A stretch of 64,000 nt of DNA from a virus (IMGVR_UViG_3300022660_003821); one strand, 5' to 3'. Counted from the first letter of the stretch, positions 27,726-36,368 are shown. Notes: generated by a model from the sequence alone, not told the origin. Made by a program: numbers and translations.

Positions 27726-28054
27726 CAAAGGACATAAAGGTGGAAGATCAGATAGGAAACCACGATCTGAAACTATTTCGCTCCACATATTTACGCTATA
27801 TCGCACTTAGCAAATACTTATTTGCCAGTGGCGAAAAGGCTATTTATGACATCAACGAAATTCCAAAAGACAATGAGTTCTATCAGGCTGCTAAGACAAC
27901 TGCAAAATCATTAGGTGTCAACTGGAAGAAGATGACACACGAAGAAAGCAATCGAGTCATGTTAGCTTTGCTTGAAGATACTTACAATGCTATGGCAGCG
28001 GTAGGTGACAAATCCAACTTGGTTGTGGAAGTGAAGCTGAAAATTGTCAAGTAG
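27722..28054 (+). CDS. hypothetical protein
   Basis: ORF. Confidence 0.45.
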   Translation: MTKDIKVEDQIGNHDLKLFRSTYLRYIALSKYLFASGEKAIYDINEIPKDNEFYQAAKTTAKSLGVNWKKMTHEESNRVMLALLEDTYNAMAAVGDKSNLVVEVKLKIVK

Positions 28055-28121
28055 CTATTAGCCCAAATGCGTTAGCCGGCCATCGCATCCGGCTGGGCAC
28101 AAATAATTAAATGGTAGTAAT

Positions 28122-29288
28122 ATGGAAAATAAATGGATTCGAGGAGCAATCCCCGCATTGCTCATACACTGCTCTATTGGGACTGTGTATTGCTGGTCTT
28201 TATTACGGAACAGCATTTGTGAGAGTTTAGGATGTCAGCCACACGTCATTGAATGGGCGTTTTCTTTGGCTATATTCTTTTTAGGTATGTCTGCTGCATT
28301 TGGTGGCAACCTTGTAGAAAAGAATGTAGGAAAGTCCGCTAAAGCGTCTGCAATATGTTTTGGTTGTGGCATGGTTGGAACTGGCCTATCTATCGCTGCC
28401 GGAAGCACGTTGGGGGTGATGTTATGCTACGGTGTTTTGATGGGAATTGGACTTGGTATAGGTTATCTCACCCCTGTTAAAACACTGATGATGTGGTTTG
28501 CGAAACACAAAGGGCTGGCAACTGGAATTGCAATTACAGGGTTTGGATTAGCGAAAGTGATTGCAGCTCCTATTATAACATATTTTCTTTCCAGATTTAC
28601 GATTGCGCATACGTTTTACATACTGGGTGGCGCATACTTCTTTTTGATGTGTATTGGCGCGATGTTAATTAGAAAACCAGAAGGCCGTGAAGAGTGGAAA
28701 GGTGTTGCGTTTAATCTTAAAGATAGTTTGAAATTTATTATCAATAAACAATACCTGGCTATATGGTTCGTGTTCTTTATAAATATAACATGCGGACTGG
28801 CTTTGATTTCTCAGGAAAAAACAATTTTGACAATAAGCGGACTCGGAGCATCGGTTGCAATCATTGCAAGTTGTACTGCGGCCCTGAATGCTATTGGTAG
28901 ATTTGGGTATTCTACATTGTCCGACAAGATAAAGGATAGAGCATCTGTGTATTTATCAATATTTTTCAGTTCTATAATTGTCCTATCATGGAATTGGCTG
29001 GGATTCAGTAGTGTGTTTGTAGTTGTAAGCGTATTGCTAATGTGTAATGCTGGGTATGGTGGAGGATTCTCTGTTCTTCCATCATTGCTCAGTGATAAGT
29101 TCGGGATGCAAAATGTGTCTGTCATTCATGGATTCGCACTAAGTGCTTGGGCATGGGCTGGCTTAATAGGAAATCACATGGGACACTATCTGCTAACCTC
29201 ACATGGAATTAGCGCATTATTTTTCGTGTTGCTTCTTTTGTATGGCATTGCAGCAATAATAACAAATAAATATATTTTAAGTAGATGA
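28122..29288 (+). CDS. MFS transporter (oxalate:formate-antiporter-like)
   Basis: About 12 predicted transmembrane segments with glycine-rich MFS-like loops. Confidence 0.7.
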   Translation: MENKWIRGAIPALLIHCSIGTVYCWSLLRNSICESLGCQPHVIEWAFSLAIFFLGMSAAFGGNLVEKNVGKSAKASAICFGCGMVGTGLSIAAGSTLGVMLCYGVLMGIGLGIGYLTPVKTLMMWFAKHKGLATGIAITGFGLAKVIAAPIITYFLSRFTIAHTFYILGGAYFFLMCIGAMLIRKPEGREEWKGVAFNLKDSLKFIINKQYLAIWFVFFINITCGLALISQEKTILTISGLGASVAIIASCTAALNAIGRFGYSTLSDKIKDRASVYLSIFFSSIIVLSWNWLGFSSVFVVVSVLLMCNAGYGGGFSVLPSLLSDKFGMQNVSVIHGFALSAWAWAGLIGNHMGHYLLTSHGISALFFVLLLLYGIAAIITNKYILSR

Positions 29289-29842
29289 GTATGAAATTAG
29301 CAGAAATTGTACGTAGAAGTCAGGGTGAACGATATGCGTACCCGGATATTTTTACAGATAATTGCGGACTTGATATTGTTTGGCCAGAAGGTAAGCTGCA
29401 CGCAGTTCCTTCATGGGGTCATCGTCCATCTAATAAAGTAAGGCGAGTAACAGTACAGGTGTCAAGTTTTCGAGGAGTAAGCATTGGAGCCATTCATTAT
29501 TATGGTATGTTGTCTGTGCAAGGTGTTAATATGGCACATGACGATAAGCCATCTTGTTCTACAATGAATTGTGACTGTGAGAAACAAAATCCATTATCGT
29601 GCTATACCTATAAACTACGTCTTACGAGACCCATTACACAGGAAGAGATTGATATTGACCAGGAGTTAGGACATCATTTGGCAAGATTTCCTTATCAAGA
29701 TGTGGGTGACTTAACGCCATGCTGGAATACTGAAGAGGAAATTTTGGAATTTGCCAAGGAAGTATTTAAGGCACGTTTTCAAGGCAAGTGGGAATTATAT
29801 ATGGAATATTGGGATGGACACGTTGAGAAGATTGATGTATAA
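29285..29842 (+). CDS. hypothetical protein
   Basis: ORF. Confidence 0.5.
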   Translation: MSMKLAEIVRRSQGERYAYPDIFTDNCGLDIVWPEGKLHAVPSWGHRPSNKVRRVTVQVSSFRGVSIGAIHYYGMLSVQGVNMAHDDKPSCSTMNCDCEKQNPLSCYTYKLRLTRPITQEEIDIDQELGHHLARFPYQDVGDLTPCWNTEEEILEFAKEVFKARFQGKWELYMEYWDGHVEKIDV

Positions 29843-29928
29843 TATGTATATGTCACTATTTTCAAGTTTTTGTCCACCATACATTCTTAAAAATATTAAA
29901 TGTAGTATCTTTGCAGAAAATTTAAGTC

Positions 29929-30177
29929 ATGAATAAAGAACGAAGACAGGAACTTGGTGAAGTAATTGATTATTTAGACGATGCAATTGTTCGCCTCGAA
30001 GAAATTAGAGATGATGAGCAAGACTCTTATGACGATCTTTCTGAAGGGTTGCAAAATTCACGTACTGGGGACAGTATGCTTAATGCGATTGACCAGCTCA
30101 ATGGATTTTGTGATGATATTTCAAAGGTGAAAGATAAGGTCTCTGATATGATGCTGAACAAGAAAAAGAAGAAATAA
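29929..30177 (+). CDS. small acidic protein
   Basis: ORF. Confidence 0.4.
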   Translation: MNKERRQELGEVIDYLDDAIVRLEEIRDDEQDSYDDLSEGLQNSRTGDSMLNAIDQLNGFCDDISKVKDKVSDMMLNKKKKK

Positions 30178-30199
30178 GTATATTAATTGCATAACAACT

Positions 30200-30415
30200 G
30201 TGCTTATGAATCAAAATATTAAGAAATATATTGCATCTATAATGTCCACAAATGGATATAAAAAAGATGTAGATTATAGCGTTAGTACGTCATGTTTGTA
30301 TTTAAGTGAGCGACTGATCCCTTCCAGGAATAAAATAAAATCTTCACTACAAGCTGCATTTCCGAATGTTGATTTCATTTGGGATAAAGGCAACAAACTC
30401 ATTTGGTTGTTATGA
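30200..30415 (+). CDS. small hypothetical protein
   Basis: ORF. Confidence 0.3.
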   Translation: MLMNQNIKKYIASIMSTNGYKKDVDYSVSTSCLYLSERLIPSRNKIKSSLQAAFPNVDFIWDKGNKLIWLL

Positions 30416-31185
30416 ATAAGCAATATATTATTTTCCAAGATAAAAACATCAAAGTCCCACTGTTAGCTTACAATGGGGTTTGGAAATTTAAGGTGTCTGA
30501 TATAAATTGGCGTTTATCTGATAGCTTAGAGAGGTATTACGCATATCTTATATTTTGTGAACCGAATCATAGCGAATTAAGTTGTGCGTTACGACTGATG
30601 GATAAACATATTACCACAGTTGAGATAGATGATTTTATCCATTATTTTCGCAAAATGCACCCTGTTGAAGAAGAGTGTTTTAATTGGGGTAAGATTCAAA
30701 CATACGCAACTGATGTTGCTCCTTTGAAATTTCCAACTCCATTTGGATATGATGTAGATTTAACTATCAGTCAGGAATCAGAGTTGTTATCTAAAATTAA
30801 AAGACAAACTGGCAATGTCGTAGGGGAATTAGAATGTTGGTTTAATTGGTATATTAGACATTATGGGCTGTCTCCTAAATTAAAACGAGATATTCCAATT
30901 CAAGGATGGGAGATAGCTCGTATGTTTTGCATACAACATGGAATCAATATAAAAAAATTACCTAACACATTATCTTTGGACTTAACAACTCGTAAAAAGA
31001 CAGTGGCATGGGGCTTTCAAATCAAAGTGATAATTTGTGTATTGTGTTATATTGCATTGGCTATATGGTTAATTGCGGACAATGATAAAATAACAGATTC
31101 TTTCAATTTTCAAACTCTTTTAATGACTATTGGGTGGCTTATGTTGGGCATACCATTAGCGATTATTTTTAATAAAACAAAATGA
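30403..31185 (+). CDS. hypothetical protein with C-terminal transmembrane helices
   Basis: ORF. Confidence 0.5.
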   Translation: MVVMNKQYIIFQDKNIKVPLLAYNGVWKFKVSDINWRLSDSLERYYAYLIFCEPNHSELSCALRLMDKHITTVEIDDFIHYFRKMHPVEEECFNWGKIQTYATDVAPLKFPTPFGYDVDLTISQESELLSKIKRQTGNVVGELECWFNWYIRHYGLSPKLKRDIPIQGWEIARMFCIQHGINIKKLPNTLSLDLTTRKKTVAWGFQIKVIICVLCYIALAIWLIADNDKITDSFNFQTLLMTIGWLMLGIPLAIIFNKTK

Positions 31186-31538
31186 TACGATTAAGAGAAA
31201 AGGATATTGAGAAACTTTCAATCATCCTTCAGCTGCCGCAATACACCATTGAAAAAATGGCTGCTATGAATCTAATAAATGATTCTCTTGCGGTTGATAT
31301 GCTGATGGTGTATGATTGGAAAAAGCTCAAAAACACTAAAAAATACACAGTTAAGCAAATCCTTCAGGCAATAATGGATGAGTATCAAGTGTCCAAGACA
31401 AAGGTACAAGCCGCTGTGTATGGAAAACGTAAGCGCACATATTCTTGTCAACAATGTGGTAAGCGCATAACTAAAAGCGAAAGTACCCGGAACTCTGGAA
31501 TATGTGACGCATGTGTGTCGAAATCTATTGAATTATAG
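31182..31538 (+). CDS. hypothetical protein with a C-terminal zinc ribbon (CQQCG..CDAC)
   Basis: ORF. Confidence 0.45.
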   Translation: MIRLREKDIEKLSIILQLPQYTIEKMAAMNLINDSLAVDMLMVYDWKKLKNTKKYTVKQILQAIMDEYQVSKTKVQAAVYGKRKRTYSCQQCGKRITKSESTRNSGICDACVSKSIEL

Positions 31539-31569
31539 AATATCGAGTATTCACCAAAATATTATAATT

Positions 31570-31878
31570 ATGAACGAAAGAGTAATAGAGGTTTATAAGC
31601 ATTATAAGTCATTGTATGGCTCAATGCTATTACTATTCCGTGTGCGAAATAATTATGAGGCATATTTTGATGATGCTAAAAGTATTTCTACAATGCTAAA
31701 TATTCCATTGCGCACGGAAGATAACATTTGCATTCCAGCTTCAGATGTATTAGATATTATCAGCGAGTTGTCTGGAGATGGTGCGGAGTTCAAGTTGATT
31801 CAACAACGTAATAACGATGGAGAATTTGATTTGCCAGACATTCAACTGATGGCTGAAGAGAAAATTATGGATTTTTAA
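31570..31878 (+). CDS. small protein resembling MutS N-terminal mismatch-binding domain I
   Basis: YKHYKSLYGSMLLLFRVRNNYEAYFDDAKSISTMLNI follows the YPDxLLFFRxGDFYExFxxDA pattern of MutS domain I. Confidence 0.4.
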   Translation: MNERVIEVYKHYKSLYGSMLLLFRVRNNYEAYFDDAKSISTMLNIPLRTEDNICIPASDVLDIISELSGDGAEFKLIQQRNNDGEFDLPDIQLMAEEKIMDF

Positions 31879-32030
31879 GAAAAATTTTTCAAACTCCTAT
31901 TTTGAGATTTATAAGAATTTTATTTAAGCATTGATTATCAGTTAGTTATGTAGTTTATTTGCAAATATTCAAATTTACGCTAAAAGCATTGATATTCAAT
32001 GAGTTAGCAAAATTTTTATCTCAAAAATAC

Positions 32031-32061
32031 TTTGTCGTTTACAGACATAATGCTATATTTG
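32031..32061 (+). promoter_or_regulatory. candidate Bacteroidetes-type promoter (-33 TTTG, 19 nt, -7 TATATTTG)
   Basis: TTTG at 32031-32034 and TATATTTG at 32054-32061, upstream of gene 32132. Confidence 0.4.
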
Positions 32062-32131
32062 CATCGTCATTCACAACAATAATGTGTTTGACGATGCTTT
32101 TTTCATGTGATAATCTTAAACAAATTTAGAT

Positions 32132-32671
32132 ATGGAGAGTAATAAAATCGAAAAGGAACAGCCTAAAAGGGTGCATACCAAGTTAAAGTTCATCAAGTCA
32201 GAAAAGACTGGTGCTTATGTCTCTTTTGTATCGCAAAACCCTAAAACTGGCAGAATCTGTGGTGTACGTCAAGATTCAGAATACCCTAAGAAAATCTGCA
32301 TCTTGGACAAAAAACTGATGTGTGACGTGTTGTTGAATGTGTTGTATGATGCAACATTGATTCCTATGGCAGAGAAGAACGGATACGTTGTGATTGAGGT
32401 TAACCCTGTCCAATTCAAAGCCACTATTGAAACTACTTATGTACCCAAGGCAGTGTATGTAGTAGAAGTGAAGTTTGGCAATAAGGTAATCCGTTTTGAT
32501 CCTATGGATGGTCGCAAAGACACAATTCGCACAATCGAGGGATGCAAGAGTGTTTTGGAAAAGCGCGTAGACATCAAGGACGTAACACAAGTAGTGGAGG
32601 ATTTTGTTGATGCGGCTACAGACATTATCCGCAAATTCAGGAACGATGGATTCTATGCAAAGGCCGTATAA
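32132..32671 (+). CDS. hypothetical protein
   Basis: ORF. Confidence 0.55.
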   Translation: MESNKIEKEQPKRVHTKLKFIKSEKTGAYVSFVSQNPKTGRICGVRQDSEYPKKICILDKKLMCDVLLNVLYDATLIPMAEKNGYVVIEVNPVQFKATIETTYVPKAVYVVEVKFGNKVIRFDPMDGRKDTIRTIEGCKSVLEKRVDIKDVTQVVEDFVDAATDIIRKFRNDGFYAKAV

Positions 32672-32891
32672 GAAGGCAAAACTTCCCAGAAAGCGAAAGA
32701 AGCAGGCAATAAAAGCGCAGGGTCGCAAATGGTACTATGATACTATTCGACTTTATTACATCACTCAAAAGTCTGGGCGTTTTTATGAACCTGTATGTAA
32801 GTTCTGGAAGCATTCAAGCCTAAAGCCGTCTGTATTTGTAGGACCTAAAGGACAGGTAGGGTCAATAATGGCACCAACTCAATATTGGTAA
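32646..32891 (+). CDS. small basic (Lys/Arg-rich) protein
   Basis: ORF 32604..32891 with an internal start. Confidence 0.3.
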   Translation: MDSMQRPYKKAKLPRKRKKQAIKAQGRKWYYDTIRLYYITQKSGRFYEPVCKFWKHSSLKPSVFVGPKGQVGSIMAPTQYW

Positions 32892-32892
32892 T

Positions 32893-33288
32893 ATGAAACG
32901 CCCAATTGAAGGAATTGCCACTGATGCCGCACACTCAACAAAGCGTTTAGTAACTGAATATCAAGGTATAAATTTAGCTACTGGAGAACGCATTTTCTAT
33001 AGAAACCTTGGCGAACAAACTGTTAATATCGGAGAGTTTCTTGGAGTTGTTGAAGCAGTAAAATACATTATAGAACACGACTTCCAGCCTCGTATAATCT
33101 ATACAGACAGTATTACTGCTATTAGTTGGTTCTACAATAAACGGACCGCCTCAAAAAAGAAAAATAAAGAGCTGCAAAAAGCTGAAATATTCCTAAAAGC
33201 ATTTGCTTCTGATGTAGATACCATCGAAGTTGTGCATTGGAACAATAAGCAATGGGGCGAAACTCCAGCTGATTTCGGAAATAAATAA
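32893..33288 (+). CDS. RNase H-like protein
   Basis: IATDAAHS..E..YTDS has an RNase HI-type acidic residue pattern. Confidence 0.5.
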   Translation: MKRPIEGIATDAAHSTKRLVTEYQGINLATGERIFYRNLGEQTVNIGEFLGVVEAVKYIIEHDFQPRIIYTDSITAISWFYNKRTASKKKNKELQKAEIFLKAFASDVDTIEVVHWNNKQWGETPADFGNK

Positions 33289-33360
33289 ATTGATCGCAGA
33301 AAAATCTGCAAATATCTTCAACCATATTTTCTTAGTTTCCCTATTCATTGGGGAACACAT

Positions 33361-33433
33361 CGCGGGATAGAGAAGTGGCCATCTCGCTTGGCTCATTACC
33401 AAGAAATCGTGGGTTCGAGTCCCACTCCCGCTA
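33361..33433 (+). tRNA. tRNA-Met (CAT), with a C1:U72 mismatch
   Basis: Hand-folded cloverleaf: D stem GAGA/TCTC, anticodon stem CTTGG/CCAAG with loop CTCATTA, T arm GTGGG-TTCGAGT-CCCAC. Confidence 0.7.
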
Positions 33434-33447
33434 CTAAACAAACAACA

Positions 33448-33951
33448 ATGAGGAACTACGGACCAGTTAGCAAAATGAATCTATTGTCTTCTGACGAGTT
33501 TAGAGAGGTTGTTAAGAAAGGACATACTTGGGTGGAGATTTCTGAATTGCTTGGTTATAAACACACCATCTCTTCTAATCTCAAAACTACGTTCTTAAAA
33601 AGATGTAATGAACTTCAGGTATTTCCAACATTCATCTCTAAAAGAGTGAAAACAATGGATGAAACCAAAGGACGGCTCTTCAAAAAGAGAAAGAATTGGT
33701 GGAGTGCAGCAGCTGGTATTAGAAAGGCCGCGAGACAAGTCTATATAGAATCTGGAAAGCCATTGTGCTGTGCGGTGTGTGGATATTCGCATTATTTTGA
33801 AGTTGCGCATATCAAACCTGTTTCAGCATTTAGTGATGACACTCCAGTGTCAGAAATAAATCATCCAGATAACCTAATAGGTTTATGTCCAAACCATCAT
33901 TGGGAATTTGATAATGGATTATTAAAATTAACGATAAACAAACAATTATGA
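33448..33951 (+). CDS. HNH endonuclease
   Basis: CCAVCGY..H..N..CPNHH is an HNH motif. The start is placed after the tRNA; the track ORF 33388 overlaps the tRNA. Confidence 0.65.
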   Translation: MRNYGPVSKMNLLSSDEFREVVKKGHTWVEISELLGYKHTISSNLKTTFLKRCNELQVFPTFISKRVKTMDETKGRLFKKRKNWWSAAAGIRKAARQVYIESGKPLCCAVCGYSHYFEVAHIKPVSAFSDDTPVSEINHPDNLIGLCPNHHWEFDNGLLKLTINKQL

Positions 33952-34157
33952 ACGATTTTAAGCAACGTAGAGAAGGCATTCTCAGTGTATTCAATCAGGC
34001 AAAGCAAGATTTGGAGACTTTGAATGCTGACATTCAAACTAAGATTGAAGCAAACCAAGCACAGATTGCTTCACTTGCAAGCCAAAATACCGAGTTGGCC
34101 GCACTTAAAAGTAGCAACGAATCGTCAATCAAGACATTCAGCAAATTCTTTAAGTAA
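33948..34157 (+). CDS. small coiled-coil protein
   Basis: ORF. Confidence 0.35.
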   Translation: MNDFKQRREGILSVFNQAKQDLETLNADIQTKIEANQAQIASLASQNTELAALKSSNESSIKTFSKFFK

Positions 34158-34166
34158 TTAAGGTGC

Positions 34167-34246
34167 GTCCCAGTGGTGAAATGGTAAACACATTGGGTTT
34201 AAGCCCCAACGCCTTTGGCTTGTAGGTTCGAGTCCTATCTGGGACA
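34167..34246 (+). tRNA. tRNA-Leu (TAA), type II
   Basis: Acceptor GTCCCAG/CTGGGAC, anticodon loop TTTAAGC, long variable arm, T arm GTAGG-TTCGAGT-CCTAT. Confidence 0.7.
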
Positions 34247-34279
34247 CAATGCTGGGAAGAGCCAGCAGAAATTAGTTCT

Positions 34280-35128
34280 TTGACATTAAAAATGATTAAC
34301 AGCATGAAGAAATTTATGTATTTATTGATTGCGCTATTTGCTTGCGTATCATTTACAAGTTGTCATGGCGTTATGCCTGGTGCAGATGAAGAAGCAGTGT
34401 TGGTTCATAAGCCTTGGTTCTTTGGACATGGAGGCGTTGATAAGGAGCCTGTGACTACCGGGTGTACATGGTGTTGGTGGAGTACAAGTTCGGAGACGTT
34501 CAAGATTATCCCGGTTAAATATACCGAGAAGTTGGATGACATTATCTCAAACGAGAACACACCATTGGACTTCAACACTATGATTACACTTCAAGTCCAA
34601 AAAGGTAAATCTCCCCTATTGCTTGAAAACTACGGTGTGAATTGGTATGATAATAACATCAAGGAAACGTACAATAACCTTACACGACATTATGTTTCCC
34701 AGTATTCGCCATTCGATTTAACAAGTAACCGAGAAGTCATCGCACATATAGACTCTTGTGTAAAAGCAGATATGGTTAAATATATTGCCAAGCTATCTGA
34801 AAGCAAAGAGTTCCCAGTCACGGTGGTTAATGTAATTACAGGACGAGCGATTCCTAATAACGCTCAGTTAGCTGAAATGAATAATACCGCAGCTCAAATA
34901 CAGGCCAGACAGACTCAGGAACGAAGATATGAAATGGAGTTAGCACGAGAGAAGGCTGAGAGCCAGCGTGCGATTTCAGATAAAGCATATCAGCAAAAGA
35001 TGGGTTTGACTGCCGAACAGTTCATCAGTCTGAAGGCTTGGGATGTTATCAGTGAAAAACAGGGTGCTAATATTGATGTCCTATTCAATGCTGATGCGAC
35101 CAGTAAAATGTGGAATGTCCGGCGATAA
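34280..35128 (+). CDS. SPFH/Band-7 domain lipoprotein
   Basis: Signal peptide with a Cys (LFACVSFTSC). The C-terminal helical segment ...QARQTQERRYEMELAREKAESQRA... is stomatin/HflC-like. Confidence 0.55.
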   Translation: MTLKMINSMKKFMYLLIALFACVSFTSCHGVMPGADEEAVLVHKPWFFGHGGVDKEPVTTGCTWCWWSTSSETFKIIPVKYTEKLDDIISNENTPLDFNTMITLQVQKGKSPLLLENYGVNWYDNNIKETYNNLTRHYVSQYSPFDLTSNREVIAHIDSCVKADMVKYIAKLSESKEFPVTVVNVITGRAIPNNAQLAEMNNTAAQIQARQTQERRYEMELAREKAESQRAISDKAYQQKMGLTAEQFISLKAWDVISEKQGANIDVLFNADATSKMWNVRR

Positions 35129-35165
35129 CGCAAATCATAAATCAAACGAGGCGTAACAGCCTCAT

Positions 35166-35238
35166 GGAGCCTTAGCTCAGTTGGGAGAGCGTCTGCTTTG
35201 CACGCAGAAGGTCGTGAGTTCGACTCTCACAGGCTCCA
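35166..35238 (+). tRNA. tRNA-Ala (TGC)
   Basis: Acceptor GGAGCCT/AGGCTCC, anticodon loop TTTGCAC, T arm GTGAG-TTCGACT-CTCAC. Confidence 0.75.
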
Positions 35239-35243
35239 CATTC

Positions 35244-35315
35244 GCCCGATTCGTCTATCGGTTAGGACGCAAGATTTTCATTCTTGAAAGAGGAGTTCGA
35301 CTCTCCTATCGGGTA
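35244..35315 (+). tRNA. tRNA-Glu (TTC)
   Basis: Anticodon stem CAAGA/TCTTG with loop TTTTCAT, T arm AGGAG-TTCGACT-CTCCT. Confidence 0.7.
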
Positions 35316-35620
35316 CATTAGCCCTAAGTACACGGGATCGAAACCTCTCAGGCCCCGTCTCTGAGACCAGATCGTTAGCTGGGTGGTTGCTGCGCCATGA
35401 CAGAAGCAGCACTTAGATATAAGCCTGAATGCGCACAGGAACGAAGACACTGCACACTTAAAAAGTTCTGAAAAGAGAAGTGTAAAGGGCGGTCCAAATC
35501 GTAGGTTGGCGAGTGTTTACCGAGCTGGGTATTTTGTCGGTTCCAGGTGTTGAATTGGGGTTCAAATCCTTACATACCAGCGAAAGCCGGTATGCCATCA
35601 GGGGAAGTTTAGCACCACTT

Positions 35621-35694
35621 GTCTTGGTAGCTCAGTAGGTTAGAGCACTGCCCTGATAAGGCAGAGGTCGCAAGTTCAAGTCTTGCCTGAGACA
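35621..35694 (+). tRNA. tRNA-Ile (GAT)
   Basis: D stem GCTC/GAGC, anticodon stem CTGCC/GGCAG with loop CTGATAA, T arm GCAAG-TTCAAGT-CTTGC. Confidence 0.7.
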
Positions 35695-35763
35695 CAACCA
35701 TTAAAAATGGCTTAATTGATTGACAATTCCAGTGTGTTCTTGTGAAAGCTCATGCTGGAGAAT

Positions 35764-35847
35764 GGAAGGTAAAGTAGCGAGGTCGCTGCAACGGTCTTGA
35801 AAACCGATTGTCCTTTACGGGATTCTCTTCGAGTGGGATGCCTTCCG
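35764..35847 (+). tRNA. tRNA-Ser (TGA)-like, type II, with weak anticodon-stem and T-stem pairing
   Basis: Anticodon loop CTTGAAA in an E. coli Ser(UGA)-like context, with a long variable arm and an imperfect T stem. Confidence 0.5.
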
Positions 35848-35851
35848 CAAT

Positions 35852-35938
35852 GGTAGATTGACAGAGTGGACGAATGTGACGGTCTGCAAAACCGTATGAG
35901 TTAAATCTCACGCGCTGGTCCGAATCCAGCATCTACCT
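35852..35938 (+). tRNA. type II (Ser-like body) tRNA with anticodon GCA
   Basis: Acceptor GGTAGAT/ATCTACC, D stem ACA/TGT, anticodon stem ACGGT/ACCGT with loop CTGCAAA, variable-arm stem TGAG/CTCA, T arm GCTGG-TCCGAAT-CCAGC. Confidence 0.55.
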
Positions 35939-36003
35939 CATCGCTGTAGGATAATTTCGTTCCCCTTCCTATTCTACAGCATCGCCCCAATCGTGGGGCA
36001 CTT

Positions 36004-36076
36004 ATGGGTGTAGCACAGTTGGTAGTGTTCTTGGTTTGGGACCAAGAGGTCGCAGGTTCGAGTCCTGTCATCCATA
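36004..36076 (+). tRNA. tRNA-Pro (TGG)
   Basis: Anticodon stem CTTGG/CCAAG with loop TTTGGGA, T arm GCAGG-TTCGAGT-CCTGT. Confidence 0.6.
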
Positions 36077-36093
36077 CAAGAATTTATTAGACG

Positions 36094-36279
36094 ATGGATG
36101 ATAAAATAGTTAAAGCTATTGACAAATTATTTGCAGAAGCTCGCCAAGGCAATAAAGAGTCTTTTGAAATTATTGGTGAAATATTTAGTAAAGTAACCCA
36201 TGAAATGATAGTATCTCAAAGTTGTACTGAACAAATGAGACGAAATTATTCACGGTTCAAAAGATATAACATGAAATAA
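36094..36279 (+). CDS. small hypothetical protein (61 aa) between tRNA genes
   Basis: ORF. Confidence 0.3.
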   Translation: MDDKIVKAIDKLFAEARQGNKESFEIIGEIFSKVTHEMIVSQSCTEQMRRNYSRFKRYNMK

Positions 36280-36291
36280 TAATTTGTATAT

Positions 36292-36366
36292 GGGTTAATT
36301 AGTTCAATGGTCAGAACGCCTGTTTGTGGCACAGGAGACGGCAGTTCGATTCTGTTATTAGCCCCA
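36292..36366 (+). tRNA. tRNA-His (GTG) with G-1 and an encoded CCA
   Basis: D stem GTTC/GAAC, anticodon stem CCTGT/ACAGG with loop TTGTGGC, 3' end ATTAGCC-C-CA. Confidence 0.7.
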
Positions 36367-36368
36367 AA

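Noticed and set aside
33388-33447. Track ORF start at 33388 for the HNH protein, and at 36659 for the membrane protein
   Set aside because: Both would translate through well-folded tRNA genes (tRNA-Met and tRNA-Ser GCT). Internal ATGs just downstream of the tRNAs, at 33448 and 36728, are used instead.
35530-35600. An additional tRNA with a GGTTCAAATCC T-loop in the 35.3-35.6 kb gap
   Set aside because: Only about 51 nt can be folded, with a 5-6-bp acceptor and no convincing D or anticodon arms. It is kept as part of the unexplained-segment finding and not called as a tRNA.
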